A stretch of 64,000 bases of DNA from Bacteroidales bacterium (GCA_030611105.1 JAUWQL010000002.1:6192-70191); one strand, 5' to 3'. Shown: positions 28,121 through 38,097, numbered from the stretch's first letter. Numbers and translations are program-made. Notes: generated by a model not told the origin, from the letters alone.

Positions 28121-29752
28121 ATGAATAAACCAGAAAATCAAACATTACCATCTTTACTGCAAAACAGCTTTAAACTATATGGTGAAAATATAGCTTTATC
28201 GTATGTAAATGAAGAATCGCTTACATATAACGATCTTAACTCCGAAATAGAAAAAATTAAAAAATTACTTGTCGGCCAGGGAATTACAAAAGGAGACAAA
28301 GTAGCTATTTTAAGCAGAAACATGCCTAACTGGGGAGTTGCCTTTTTTGCCGTTACATCCATTGGAGCTATTGCTGTTCCTCTATTACCTGATTTTCATG
28401 AAAATGAGATTCAGAATATAATAGAACATTCCGAAGCCAAAGCAATTTTTGTTTCTAAATTAATGTATCCTAAAATTGAACATTTGCCTGTTAATATGCT
28501 TGAAACAATCATTTATACCGATGATTTTGAAATAGTGAAAGCTAAGTCAACAACAGCAAACATCAATTATAAGAATAACTTCATAGTCGAAGAATCTGAT
28601 CTGGCATCTATCATATATACATCTGGAACTACAGGAAAATCAAAAGGTGTAATGTTAACACACAAAAACATTGTTTTTGATGCTGTACAGAGTCTTTCAG
28701 TTGAACACGTAAAATCACGACATCGTTTTCTTTCAATATTGCCATTATCGCATTCTTATGAAAACACTTTAGGATTAATAGTCCCTATTTTGCAAGGAGC
28801 ATCGGTATATTATCTTGAAAAACCTCCTACGCCAAATGCGCTAATACCGGCAATGCAAAAAGTAAAACCTACACATATTTTTAGTGTGCCAATGGTAATA
28901 GAAAAAATATATAGAAATCAGGTTTTACCTAAATTCACAAATAGCAAAATCCTGGCTATCTTATATAAATTATCGTTTGTAAGAAAAGCCTTAAATAAGT
29001 TAGCAGGCAAAAAATTATTAGAAACATTTGGTGGTAAATTAGAATTCTTTGGTATTGGAGGTGCAGCGCTCGACCCTGTGGTTGAAAAGTTTTTAAGAGA
29101 AGCTAAATTCCCCTATGCCATAGGATATGGATTAACAGAATCTGCCCCGTTGCTTTCAGGATCAAACCCGAAAATTTCAAAGTTTAGAGCAATTGGACCG
29201 GTAATGGAAGGCATTGAAATTAAAATCAATAATGCTAATCCTAAAACTGGGGAAGGCGAAGTATGGGCCAAAGGTGATAATATCATGAAAGGATATTATA
29301 AGGAACCGGAACTAACTAAAGACGTTTTAACTCATGATGGCTGGTTAAAAACCGGAGATCTTGGTTATTTTGACAAAGATAATTTCTTGTTTCTCAAGGG
29401 GAGAATTAAAAATATGATTGTAGGCGCCAGTGGCGAAAATATTTACCCTGAAGAAATTGAATCTGTTATAAATAATTTCAGATACGTTCTGGAATCAATC
29501 GTTATTGAAAAGAAAGGAAAGTTAGTTGCATTAGTACATTTCAATTACGAAGAACTGGAAAAACAATTTCAACATTTTAAAGAAGAAGCTGTTGATTATG
29601 CCAGGAAAAAAGGCGAAGAATTAAAGACTGAGTTACAAGATTATGTTAACGCAAGAGTAAATAAATTTTCGAGAATACACTCTGTTGTTCCACAAATAAC
29701 CCCTTTTACAAAAACTGCAACAAAAAAAATTAAACGATATTTATATCACTAA
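28121..29752 (+). CDS. AMP-dependent synthetase/ligase (long-chain acyl-CoA synthetase-like)
   Basis: AMP-binding motif IYTSGTTGKSKGV, plus GYGLTE and TGDLG. Confidence 0.85.
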   Translation: MNKPENQTLPSLLQNSFKLYGENIALSYVNEESLTYNDLNSEIEKIKKLLVGQGITKGDKVAILSRNMPNWGVAFFAVTSIGAIAVPLLPDFHENEIQNIIEHSEAKAIFVSKLMYPKIEHLPVNMLETIIYTDDFEIVKAKSTTANINYKNNFIVEESDLASIIYTSGTTGKSKGVMLTHKNIVFDAVQSLSVEHVKSRHRFLSILPLSHSYENTLGLIVPILQGASVYYLEKPPTPNALIPAMQKVKPTHIFSVPMVIEKIYRNQVLPKFTNSKILAILYKLSFVRKALNKLAGKKLLETFGGKLEFFGIGGAALDPVVEKFLREAKFPYAIGYGLTESAPLLSGSNPKISKFRAIGPVMEGIEIKINNANPKTGEGEVWAKGDNIMKGYYKEPELTKDVLTHDGWLKTGDLGYFDKDNFLFLKGRIKNMIVGASGENIYPEEIESVINNFRYVLESIVIEKKGKLVALVHFNYEELEKQFQHFKEEAVDYARKKGEELKTELQDYVNARVNKFSRIHSVVPQITPFTKTATKKIKRYLYH

Positions 29753-29778
29753 TTTTAAATTTTACTTTTAAAAGTAGA

Positions 29779-29817
29779 AAACAGCATTATCGCTATAAGC
29801 GAATTGCTGTTTTTTTT
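29779..29817 (+). terminator. Rho-independent terminator
   Basis: AACAGCA...TGCTGTT stem with inner TCGCT/AGCGA pairing, followed by T7-8. Confidence 0.65.
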
Positions 29818-29923
29818 ATTAATTCCGCTATTTTAATTTTATATACTCTTGACAAATGTCAATTTAATATGTACTTTATACGACACTATGATGAATAATT
29901 GGTATTATTAAAAATTTCAGGAA

Positions 29924-30619
29924 ATGAGGTATTGTATTGGCGACATACATGGATGTATTAAAACTCTCAAAGAACTTATTCGTCAAATATGTTTAATTCA
30001 TAAACATCCTGAGCTTTATTTTGTTGGAGATTTTATTGATCGTGGACCAAATTCAAAAGCCGTAATTGATTATATTTTAGAATTAAAAGACAATGGATTA
30101 AGAATTAATACTATTCGCGGAAACCATGAACAAATGCTGATACATGCATATACGCATAATCAAAAAATTACAGACTCAAACTGGAGCTTTAACGGAGCCG
30201 AACATACCATAAGAAGTTTTAATGCTATGGCCGATTTAAATAAAACTGTAAAATATTTAATACCTGAAAAATATTTTCATTTTCTTACTTCATTACCCTA
30301 TTTTATCGAGCTTAGTGATTATTATATTGTTCACGCAGGATTTAACTTTAAACTTAAAAATCCATTCACCGACTTTGAAACGATGCTGTGGACAAGAGAA
30401 GAAGAATATAATTCGAAAATTACAAAAACGAAGAAAATAATTCATGGTCATACTCCTGTGCCATTCGGTCAAGTAAAATCCCAAATTTTAAATAAAGCTA
30501 ATAATGTATTTAACATTGATTCGGGTTGTGTTTTTACAAATAGGGAAAAGCTAGGAACTTTAACAGCACTGAACATGGATAAATTGGAACTATTAAATGT
30601 TAAAAATATTGATACTTAA
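29924..30619 (+). CDS. PPP-family serine/threonine phosphatase / metallophosphoesterase
   Basis: GDIHGC, GDFIDRGP and GNHE motifs. Confidence 0.8.
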   Translation: MRYCIGDIHGCIKTLKELIRQICLIHKHPELYFVGDFIDRGPNSKAVIDYILELKDNGLRINTIRGNHEQMLIHAYTHNQKITDSNWSFNGAEHTIRSFNAMADLNKTVKYLIPEKYFHFLTSLPYFIELSDYYIVHAGFNFKLKNPFTDFETMLWTREEEYNSKITKTKKIIHGHTPVPFGQVKSQILNKANNVFNIDSGCVFTNREKLGTLTALNMDKLELLNVKNIDT

Positions 30620-30713
30620 ATTATGACAAAAATATTGTTACCTTTTATAATTAAATTATGATAAAAATTGGTATCTTTTCATTTATTAGCTAATACAACT
30701 TAAATTTAAGAAT

Positions 30714-30956
30714 ATGACAAATCAAAACGATTTAGTGCTATTATTTACCGGTTCGGAAATTGATACCAGCATTTTAAAAGAATTTCTAGAGGATAATCAA
30801 ATTGCGTCACTTATTAAAAACGAAATGAGTTCTGGAAAAGCAGCCGGTTTTGGTGGTGGATTTTATGGTATTGAAACGCATTTATACGTTTCTGAAAAAG
30901 ATAATAATAAGGCAAAAGATATATTGAACGAATTTCTTAAATCTATTGATTCATAA
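30714..30956 (+). CDS. DUF2007-like small protein
   Basis: 80 aa. The pattern LLFTGSEIDTSILKEFLEDNQIASLIKN resembles the putative signal-transducing DUF2007 fold. Confidence 0.5.
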   Translation: MTNQNDLVLLFTGSEIDTSILKEFLEDNQIASLIKNEMSSGKAAGFGGGFYGIETHLYVSEKDNNKAKDILNEFLKSIDS

Positions 30957-31218
30957 TATTATTCTAAAAATAAAAAAACTTTTTGGTTCTGTTTAATACC
31001 GATTGCATTTCAAATTGTTGTATTTGTTCATCCATATCAGATTCCAAATACTCTTTTGAAATTGCATCGGCATTAACCATTCTAATCTTCAAAATACCAT
31101 CCCATTTTAAACAGGACCGCATTTTGAAGAAGAATTGGTTTAAGTTCCAAAAAGCTCTTTGAGAATATAATATTTAACTAAATTACTCCTGCTTATGCCT
31201 CCATACCTCCATGCCTAC

Positions 31219-31253
31219 GGCAGGTAAAACGGCAGGTAAAACAGCAGATAAAC
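31219..31253. repeat. GC-rich tandem 12-mer (GGCAGGTAAAAC x2 plus a degenerate third unit)
   Basis: GGCAGGTAAAAC at 31219-31230 and 31231-31242, then AGCAGATAAAC. Lies just downstream of the sigma gene stop. Confidence 0.6.
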
Positions 31254-31270
31254 CCGCAGGCGAGTATCTG

Positions 31271-31774
31271 TTATTTAAAATCCTTTAAACTTTCCATTAA
31301 TTTTTTTCGTGTAAAGAAAATTCTACTTTTTACCGTACCTATTTTCAAATTTAACCCATCTGCAATTTCTTTATACTTGTAACCAGATAAAAACATTGTA
31401 AACGGTTCTTTAAATTCATCAGGCAAATTATCTATTTCTTTTGTAATTTCGTAAGTTGTATACTCCTTATCAGGTCTTGTCGGAGAAAGCTCCTTTGATA
31501 AATTCAAAAAATATAAATTATTTGTTGTATCGTTATGAGTATTTTCCTTTTGTTGTTTGCGATAATTATTAATAAAAGTATTTTTCATAATTGTAAAGGC
31601 CCAAGCCTTTAAATTAGTATAACCTACAAACTTATCTCTGTGAGATAAAGCTTTTAAATATGTTTCCTGCAAAAGATCCTGGGCTGCCTCTCTGTTGTAG
31701 GTCAAACTCATTGCAAATCTCGAAAGTTTAGTTTCTAAACCTATAAGTTGATGATTAAATTCTATTGCTGTCAT
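31271..31774 (-). CDS. ECF-type RNA polymerase sigma-70 factor
   Basis: Region 2 (DLLQETYLKAL, WAFTIMKNTFINNYRK) and region 4 (YKEIADGLNLKIGTVKSRIF). Confidence 0.85.
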   Translation of the reverse strand: MTAIEFNHQLIGLETKLSRFAMSLTYNREAAQDLLQETYLKALSHRDKFVGYTNLKAWAFTIMKNTFINNYRKQQKENTHNDTTNNLYFLNLSKELSPTRPDKEYTTYEITKEIDNLPDEFKEPFTMFLSGYKYKEIADGLNLKIGTVKSRIFFTRKKLMESLKDFK

Positions 31775-31802
31775 AGTTGTACGTTTTTAAATAATTCTTA
31801 AA

Positions 31803-31835
31803 CAAATATACAACACTGAAAGGTCAAAAAGCAAA
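31803..31835 (-). promoter_or_regulatory. Candidate sigma-A-type promoter of the ECF sigma gene
   Basis: On the minus strand, TTTG (31835-31832), a 21-nt spacer, then TATATTTG (31810-31803). This lies 29 nt upstream of the ATG. Confidence 0.45.
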
Positions 31836-31859
31836 TTTCCGAATGCCTCAAATCCCAAT

Positions 31860-31892
31860 AACAACAGCTATTCTAAATAAGAACAACAGCTA
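31860..31892. promoter_or_regulatory. Perfect 11-bp direct repeat AACAACAGCTA x2 (22-nt period) upstream of the ECF sigma promoter
   Basis: Copies at 31860-31870 and 31882-31892. Confidence 0.45.
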
Positions 31893-32051
31893 AAAGCATG
31901 CTATTTAAGCATTGTGCTACCTTTTTACCTTATTCTTCTAAATTACGATTAAGGTACATTTTTTTGTTTAATGTTTGTGTTATTAAACTAACACTTGATT
32001 AAACAAAAAATCCTGCTTAAACTCAAGCAGAGTACACTATTTAGAATGATT

Positions 32052-32942
32052 CTAAGAAGATTGCGGGTTTTTTAATGTTTCTACAAGATCTAGTGGTGAT
32101 GATACTTTCAGAACATTTGACGGTAATTCTGTAAAATTTTCTTTTATCTGTAGTCCTGTTACAAATATCTTTTGGAAAGGAAAGGTTTGTGACAGCTTAT
32201 TTAAATATTCAATTACTTCTTTTTTATTCAACGAAGAAGTTAAGGATGTGAAAAGAAAATCAGGATTAACCATTTTACTGGTTTCTACAACATCTTCAAA
32301 TGGTACAGAACTTCCTAAATAATAAACAATTTTACCTGATTTTTTAATTAAATAATTGTAAAACAATAACGCTAACTCGTGATATTCAGCTTCTGGCAAA
32401 AATAACAGAAACTTTTTAGCTGTCTGACTCTCAGTAACAACAATATTATCTATCGCAACCATCAATTTTTGCCTGAATAAATTTGACACAAAATGTTCAT
32501 GAGCAGGATTAATAGATCCTGTTTGCCATAACAAACCAATCTTCTCAAAAAACGGGAAGATCACTCTTATAACTGAATTTTCAAACCCTTCGTGCATAAT
32601 GTATCGCGAGAGTATTCTGTTGAATTTATACTCATCCATTTCAACCATTGCAACAATTAAGTTTTCAATATTACTTTCCGCATTCGATGAATCAGAAGAA
32701 ACATTAATTACTTTTTCAGTTAACTCCGAATCAGATAATTTTGAAATATCAGAAATACGCATACCATATCTGTTGAGTATTGCAATATTTAATAACCTTT
32801 TTAAATCATTATCGCAATAGTATCTAATATTTGTATCGGTACGTGCCGGTTTAATAATACCATAACGTTTTTCCCAAATTCTAATGGTATGAGCTTTTAT
32901 CCCCGATAAATTTTCTAACTCCTTTATTGAATAGCTTGCCAT
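32052..32942 (-). CDS. MerR-family regulator with C-terminal cobalamin-binding-like domain (CarH/LitR-like)
   Basis: MerR HTH YSIKELENLSGIKAHTIRIWEKRYG. C-terminal LPEAEYHELALLFYNYLIKKSGKIVYYLGSSVPFEDVV resembles the E-x-H-E-L-G-L B12-binding motif, with the His retained. Confidence 0.7.
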   Translation of the reverse strand: MASYSIKELENLSGIKAHTIRIWEKRYGIIKPARTDTNIRYYCDNDLKRLLNIAILNRYGMRISDISKLSDSELTEKVINVSSDSSNAESNIENLIVAMVEMDEYKFNRILSRYIMHEGFENSVIRVIFPFFEKIGLLWQTGSINPAHEHFVSNLFRQKLMVAIDNIVVTESQTAKKFLLFLPEAEYHELALLFYNYLIKKSGKIVYYLGSSVPFEDVVETSKMVNPDFLFTSLTSSLNKKEVIEYLNKLSQTFPFQKIFVTGLQIKENFTELPSNVLKVSSPLDLVETLKNPQSS

Positions 32943-33048
32943 AAAATTTAATGTGTCTATTTATTTTTTCATATGTTACAACAACATTTGCACATAATAG
33001 TTCAATAACTCAACAAATTTTAATGACTAAATAAATTATACTAACATT

Positions 33049-33075
33049 AAAAAGGCCGCACAAAGTGCAGCCTTT
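33049..33075 (-). terminator. Rho-independent terminator of the S8 peptidase gene
   Basis: AAAGGCCGCAC / GTGCAGCCTTT stem with one G-U pair. U-run on the minus strand. Confidence 0.6.
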
Positions 33076-33094
33076 CAAAATCATAATCAAAATT

Positions 33095-34306
33095 TTATAT
33101 TGCTCCTATCGGATCAGCATCTCCGTCTGGATCTCCATTAACGTAACCATCAGTTACAGGATTTCCATTTGTCATAAGTAAAATACCACACATGTGTGGA
33201 GCAGCCATAGATGTTCCACTCATGGTCGTATATCCACCATCTTTATATGTTGAATAAACATTTACACCAGGTTCACAAAAATCAACAGGTGGATTACCAT
33301 AGTTTGAAAAATAAGCCCAATTATCGTTAATATCCATAGCAGAAACAGTCCAAATATTCGGTCCGTTAACTCTGGCAGGAGAATGATTATTTGCATCATC
33401 ACTTTCATTTCCAGCAGCTAAAGAGAAATAAATACCATTTTGAGAAGCTGCGTAAACAGCATCATCAATAGCTTGATAAACACCTCCACCAAGACTCATA
33501 TTTGCAGCATCACCCGGACTTGCATTAGCCCCAACAAAATCAATCCCTGCAATAATTACAGAATATGCACCACTACCACGTCGGTCAAGAACTTTTACAG
33601 GAACAACAGTTGCACCTGCAGCAACTCCAACTACACCTATTTCATTATCAATTGCAGCAACTGTTCCGGCACAGTGAGAACCATGACCATTATCATCATC
33701 TCCATAAGCATCATTGTTAATAAAATCGTAACCACTAGCAGCGTCAACATTTAAATCAGGGTGATCTAAATCTATACCTGTATCAATAATCCATGCAGTT
33801 TTACCAGCACCACTTCCATATCCTACTCTTGCAATACCAAACGGTATTTGCTCATCAACCGGAGCTGGAGGATCAACATTACCACCACCACCGCCACCTG
33901 GACCACGGCCTCTTATATACATTCTGTCAGGAAGAATATATTTTACCCTTTCGTCTTTTTCCAATAATGCTAAATCTTCTTGTGACATTGTTACACTAAA
34001 ACCTTTTAATACTTCTGCATAAGCGTTTTTCACTTCAAATGTTGAAATTGATTTAGTTCTTAACATAGATTCAGCAAATGCTTTTACTGCATTTACTTTC
34101 TCTGTGTACCCTGCATCATTAGCAGTTTTAATAGAAGTTTCATTCAAAACAACAACATACTGGCCTTCAATAATTTCCCCACTTTTTACATCATTAAGTA
34201 CAAGATTCTCTGTGTCACTTGTAATCATTTGATTTTCATCCTTGCTGCATGCAGTAAACAAAAATGTTACTACTACGGCAAAACACAATAAGTTTTTAAA
34301 TTTCAT
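33095..34306 (-). CDS. Subtilisin-like S8 serine peptidase (lipoprotein signal, I9 propeptide)
   Basis: Catalytic triad contexts DTGID, HGSHCAGT and SGTSMAAPH. N-terminal signal with Cys (FTACS). Confidence 0.9.
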   Translation of the reverse strand: MKFKNLLCFAVVVTFLFTACSKDENQMITSDTENLVLNDVKSGEIIEGQYVVVLNETSIKTANDAGYTEKVNAVKAFAESMLRTKSISTFEVKNAYAEVLKGFSVTMSQEDLALLEKDERVKYILPDRMYIRGRGPGGGGGGNVDPPAPVDEQIPFGIARVGYGSGAGKTAWIIDTGIDLDHPDLNVDAASGYDFINNDAYGDDDNGHGSHCAGTVAAIDNEIGVVGVAAGATVVPVKVLDRRGSGAYSVIIAGIDFVGANASPGDAANMSLGGGVYQAIDDAVYAASQNGIYFSLAAGNESDDANNHSPARVNGPNIWTVSAMDINDNWAYFSNYGNPPVDFCEPGVNVYSTYKDGGYTTMSGTSMAAPHMCGILLMTNGNPVTDGYVNGDPDGDADPIGAI

Positions 34307-34733
34307 AATTTTTTTAATTTTAGGTTAATAGATAGATAGTTATTAAATTAGTTTTTCAGAATGCAAATACTTAATTATAAATTTAAAAAGCAAGTAATGT
34401 TAAAAAGCACATAAAAGGTACTTATTGATATTCAATAAGTGCCTTTTTTAAAAAAATGAGTACATATAGATAAAACAGAATCTTATTTATAATCAATATA
34501 AATTTAATTATTAACACATTGAAATAGTGTACACCATACAGGATTATCACATCTTTTTATCTCTTTATCTTTTGTATTAATCGATAATCAATAAAAGATG
34601 CTTCAATATGAATTGTTTTTTTAATACTTGCACAGAGTATCTTTTATTCTATTTGTTTACAGCCTTGTACTACGGTAAAAATAATTCAGGCTAAAAAATC
34701 GTTATTATTTTTTATTAAATCTATATTTATAAA

Positions 34734-35390
34734 ATGACTAATATTATAAAAACCGATGATGGATCCAACACACTTTTTTCCGGCAAATTTAAAGAACATT
34801 ACCATTCAACTTATGGAGCTCGTAGTGAATCAACACATGTATTCATCGAAACAGGTTTGAACTATTGTCAATTAAAATCGATCAAAATATTCGAAGTAGG
34901 TTTTGGAACAGGGCTAAATACCATATTAACATATATTGAAAGTATAAAAAGAAACCTAAGGGTTGAATATACGGCCATTGAATTATTCCCTGTTTCTTTA
35001 GAAATTATTAATCAACTTAACTATACTGAATTTTTGTCGGCTGCTCAAAAAGATGTTTATAGCAAACTGCATACTTGCAAATGGAACGAAATTGTTAAAA
35101 TTTCTTCAAACTTTACTTTCCTGAAAATAAACTCAGATTTTAACAATTACATTTTCTCAAACAAATATGACATAATTTATTTTGATGCTTTTGCGCCGGA
35201 TAAACAACCGGCAATGTGGAGTGCTGAGAATTTTGCAAAAATTTATGAAGCATTAAATAAGCAAGGTATTTTAACTACATATAGCAGTAAAGGCATAGTT
35301 AAAAACAATTTGCGTAGTGCAGGATTTAAAGTTTCAAGATTACCCGGTCCAACAGGCAAAAGACATATCCTTAGAGCCGAAAAACTATAA
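34734..35390 (+). CDS. mnmD: tRNA (mnm5s2U34) methyltransferase, MnmD/MnmC methyltransferase-domain type
   Basis: DGSNTLFS..HYHSTYGA, SAM motif EVGFGTGLN, and FDAFAPDKQPAMWS. Confidence 0.7.
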   Translation: MTNIIKTDDGSNTLFSGKFKEHYHSTYGARSESTHVFIETGLNYCQLKSIKIFEVGFGTGLNTILTYIESIKRNLRVEYTAIELFPVSLEIINQLNYTEFLSAAQKDVYSKLHTCKWNEIVKISSNFTFLKINSDFNNYIFSNKYDIIYFDAFAPDKQPAMWSAENFAKIYEALNKQGILTTYSSKGIVKNNLRSAGFKVSRLPGPTGKRHILRAEKL

Positions 35391-35500
35391 AGCAATATAT
35401 AAATTTTAACTTTTTTTAAAACACTTCCTTTTGCCTTCTCAAATAAAATTAGCAAATTTGCACTTCATCTTAAATTTAATAATCTCAAAAAATAAAAACT

Positions 35501-36220
35501 ATGAAAATTAAAAACTTATTACTATTTATTGCCGGTTCAGTAATAATACTATCATCTTGTGGTCAGACAATGACAGGTAACGTTAAATTAGATAATGACA
35601 TTGACTCCTTGAGTTATATGTTGGGTGCAGACATTGGAAATAGTTTTAGAAATGCTTCATTTGAAGAAATTAATTACGATGTATTCTTAAAAGGAATAAT
35701 GGATGCATTTGAAGAAAAAGATTTAAAAGTAAGTAAGGAAGAAATTAAACCCTATATCCAAAAGTATTTAACAAAAGTAAGAGAAGAAAAAAATACTAAA
35801 AACTTAGAAGAAGGAAAAACCTTCTTAGAAGAAAATAAGAAGAATGATGGTGTTATAGTAACAGAGAGTGGTTTGCAATACGAAATAATTGAAGAAGGAA
35901 CAGGAAAATCTCCAATTGCTACTGATATAGTAAAATGTCACTATCACGGTACATTAATTGACGGAACAGTATTTGACAGTTCAGTTGAAAAAGGAGAACC
36001 TGCTGAATTTCCACTTAACAGAGTTATCCCGGGATGGACTGAGGGACTTCAGTTAATGAAAGAAGGTGCAAAATATAAGTTTTATATTCCTACAGAATTG
36101 GCTTATGGACAAAGAGGTACTCGCGGTCCTGTTCCTGTACAAGCAAACATGGCTATTATATTCGAAGTTGAACTTTTAGAAGTAAAAGCTCCGGAAGCTC
36201 CAGTGAAAAAAGTAAATTAA
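35501..36220 (+). CDS. FKBP-type peptidyl-prolyl cis-trans isomerase (lipoprotein)
   Basis: HYHGTLIDGTVFDSS...IPGWTEGLQLMKEGAKYKFYIP. Confidence 0.9.
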   Translation: MKIKNLLLFIAGSVIILSSCGQTMTGNVKLDNDIDSLSYMLGADIGNSFRNASFEEINYDVFLKGIMDAFEEKDLKVSKEEIKPYIQKYLTKVREEKNTKNLEEGKTFLEENKKNDGVIVTESGLQYEIIEEGTGKSPIATDIVKCHYHGTLIDGTVFDSSVEKGEPAEFPLNRVIPGWTEGLQLMKEGAKYKFYIPTELAYGQRGTRGPVPVQANMAIIFEVELLEVKAPEAPVKKVN

Positions 36221-36239
36221 TATTAGTTATAAAATTAGT

Positions 36240-36272
36240 AACAAGCGTTTGAAATATAACGCTTGTTTTTTT
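36240..36272 (+). terminator. Rho-independent terminator
   Basis: ACAAGCGTT / AACGCTTGT stem followed by T7. Confidence 0.65.
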
Positions 36273-36284
36273 ATCTTTTAAAAT

Positions 36285-36722
36285 ATGAAAAAAGCTGAAA
36301 TAATCACAGAAAAGGGTACTATGAAGGTTGAATTCTTTGAAAAAGATGCTCCCGGTACTGTATAAAATTTTATAAAATTATCAAAAGAAGGTTTTTATAA
36401 TGGATTAACATTTCATCGAGTAATTCCTAATTTTGTTATACAAGGAGGTTGTCCTGATGGTACAGGAATGGGCGGACCGGGATATACAATTAAATGTGAG
36501 TTGGATGGTGATAATCAATATCACGATAAAGGAGTTCTTTCAATGGCACATGCCGGAAGAGATACAGGCGGTTCACAATTTTTTATTTGCCATAGTCGTG
36601 AAAATACGCAACACCTGGATCGTAATCACACAGTATTTGGAAAAGTTTATGAAGGTCTTGAGGTAATTGATAATATCAGTCAAGGTGATACTATAGAAAA
36701 AATAATCATTAACGAAGAATAG
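36285..36722 (+). pseudogene. ppiB: Cyclophilin-type peptidyl-prolyl isomerase interrupted by an in-frame TAA (36363-36365)
   Basis: The ATG at 36285 gives MKKAEIITEKGTMKVEFFEKDAPGTV[44 protein letters not shown]... in one frame. The track only reports the downstream part, 36468..36722. Confidence 0.8.
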
Positions 36723-36949
36723 ATAGATTTTTTATTCAGTGTCGTATATCACATTAACCTGACAGAATTTTATTAATTTGAAAATACTAGACACTGTCAG
36801 GTTTATCCCGATAACTATCGGGACAGACAGGTCAAAATAGAATTATTAATTAAGATACATCAATTTATGATTTTATAATTCAGATAACGTAAATATAGAA
36901 TCGTAAATACAAAACCTTAAGCAATTACTTAAATTTAAACCAGATAATT

Positions 36950-37330
36950 ATGAGTTTTGAAATCGCAGGTAAATTAATCGAAAAATATAATATGGTTCAG
37001 GTAAATGATCGTTTTAAGAAACGTGAATTTGTTATTGAAAAAACGGAATCTAATGGCGGCATGGAATTTACTGATCATATTAAATTTCAACTAACTCAAG
37101 ACAGATGTAATCTTGTGGATAACATTGAGCTTAATGATGAAATTAAAGTGAATTTCAATATTCGTGGAAATAAATGGGAACGTGACGGTAAAGTAAATTA
37201 TTTTACAAATTTGGATGCCTGGAGAATTGAAAAAGTTCAAAATCAGAATTCTGATGACGGGAATATGCCTCCTCCTCCATCCTTAGATAATTTACCTCCG
37301 GAAAACGAACCTGACGATTTGCCATTCTAA
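36950..37330 (+). CDS. DUF3127-like protein
   Basis: MSFEIAGKLIEKYNMVQVNDRFKKREFVIE...YFTNLDAWRIE pattern, with an acidic/Pro-rich tail. Confidence 0.65.
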   Translation: MSFEIAGKLIEKYNMVQVNDRFKKREFVIEKTESNGGMEFTDHIKFQLTQDRCNLVDNIELNDEIKVNFNIRGNKWERDGKVNYFTNLDAWRIEKVQNQNSDDGNMPPPPSLDNLPPENEPDDLPF

Positions 37331-37338
37331 ATAGTAAC

Positions 37339-37370
37339 AAAAAATCCGAAGTAATTACTTCGGATTTTTT
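37339..37370. terminator. Bidirectional terminator
   Basis: Palindrome ATCCGAAGTAATTACTTCGGAT (37344-37365), flanked by an A-run and a T-run. Confidence 0.65.
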
Positions 37371-38095
37371 AATGTAAAATTCTGGCCTTACTTACTTCCC
37401 TGTCATTTGAATTCTTAATAACGTAATAACTTTCTTTATCATTATCTGCTTTGTGAATTGTGAACGTATCCTTTAAATATAATTCAGAAATAAAATTAAT
37501 TTCGAATTCCGAAATCACACCTTTATTTTCATCTGAAAAACATGAATCTAAAATCCACCGTACATAAGTTGCATTATTTACATGCTTATTTACATCCAAA
37601 TCACTGTAATAAACTTTTCTTCTTTCTAACTCATTAAGCTCACCCTTGAAAACAACTTTTTCAAGTTTTCTCTCAATCGCAGCTTTCGAAATGAAATCCT
37701 CATGAACAAAATTAAAATCCTCAGGTTTTCTAGGACGTTTTGTATCCCTATCAAGAATTAACCACGAGCTTGTAACTCTGCCAACAATCGTCCCTTTACA
37801 ATAAATCTCAAAATCACGAAGTGCAAAAAATCCATCTGCACCTTTTGGCCAGGTTTTAATTTCAATTTCATCTTTCCACTCGGGATATTCGTCCATTTGA
37901 ACTAATACACGCGACAAAACCCAAAATGCATTCTCTTTTTTTTAAAAACTCATAACCAAAATCATTTAACCTTGCATTATCCCATGCGCATTCTTGCAAA
38001 AAATGAAATAGCGCAGGTAAAGTTAATTTACCATTTTGATCTGAATGATATGATTTTATTGAAAAATTGTAATTACCTGATGGATGCTTTAACAT
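37369..38095 (-). pseudogene. Acyl-ACP thioesterase split by a +1 frameshift in an A8 tract (T8 on the plus strand, 37936-37943)
   Basis: ORFs 37868..38095 and 37369..37917 join into ...GYEFLKKENAFWVLSRVLVQMDEYPEWKDEIEIKTW if one A is removed. Confidence 0.8.
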
Positions 38096-38097
38096 AA

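Noticed and set aside
30965-31113. Small minus-strand ORF (about 39-53 aa, ...MVNADAISKEYLESDMDEQIQQFEMQSVLNRTKKFFYF) downstream of the ECF sigma gene, considered as a mini anti-sigma factor.
   Set aside because: It has no TM segment or zinc-finger motif. It is separated from the sigma stop by the GC-rich repeat. There is no supporting evidence.
36433-36666. Track ORF of 77 aa overlapping the cyclophilin gene in another frame.
   Set aside because: The cyclophilin frame carries the conserved [13 protein letters not shown] and [12 protein letters not shown] motifs. The alternative frame has none.
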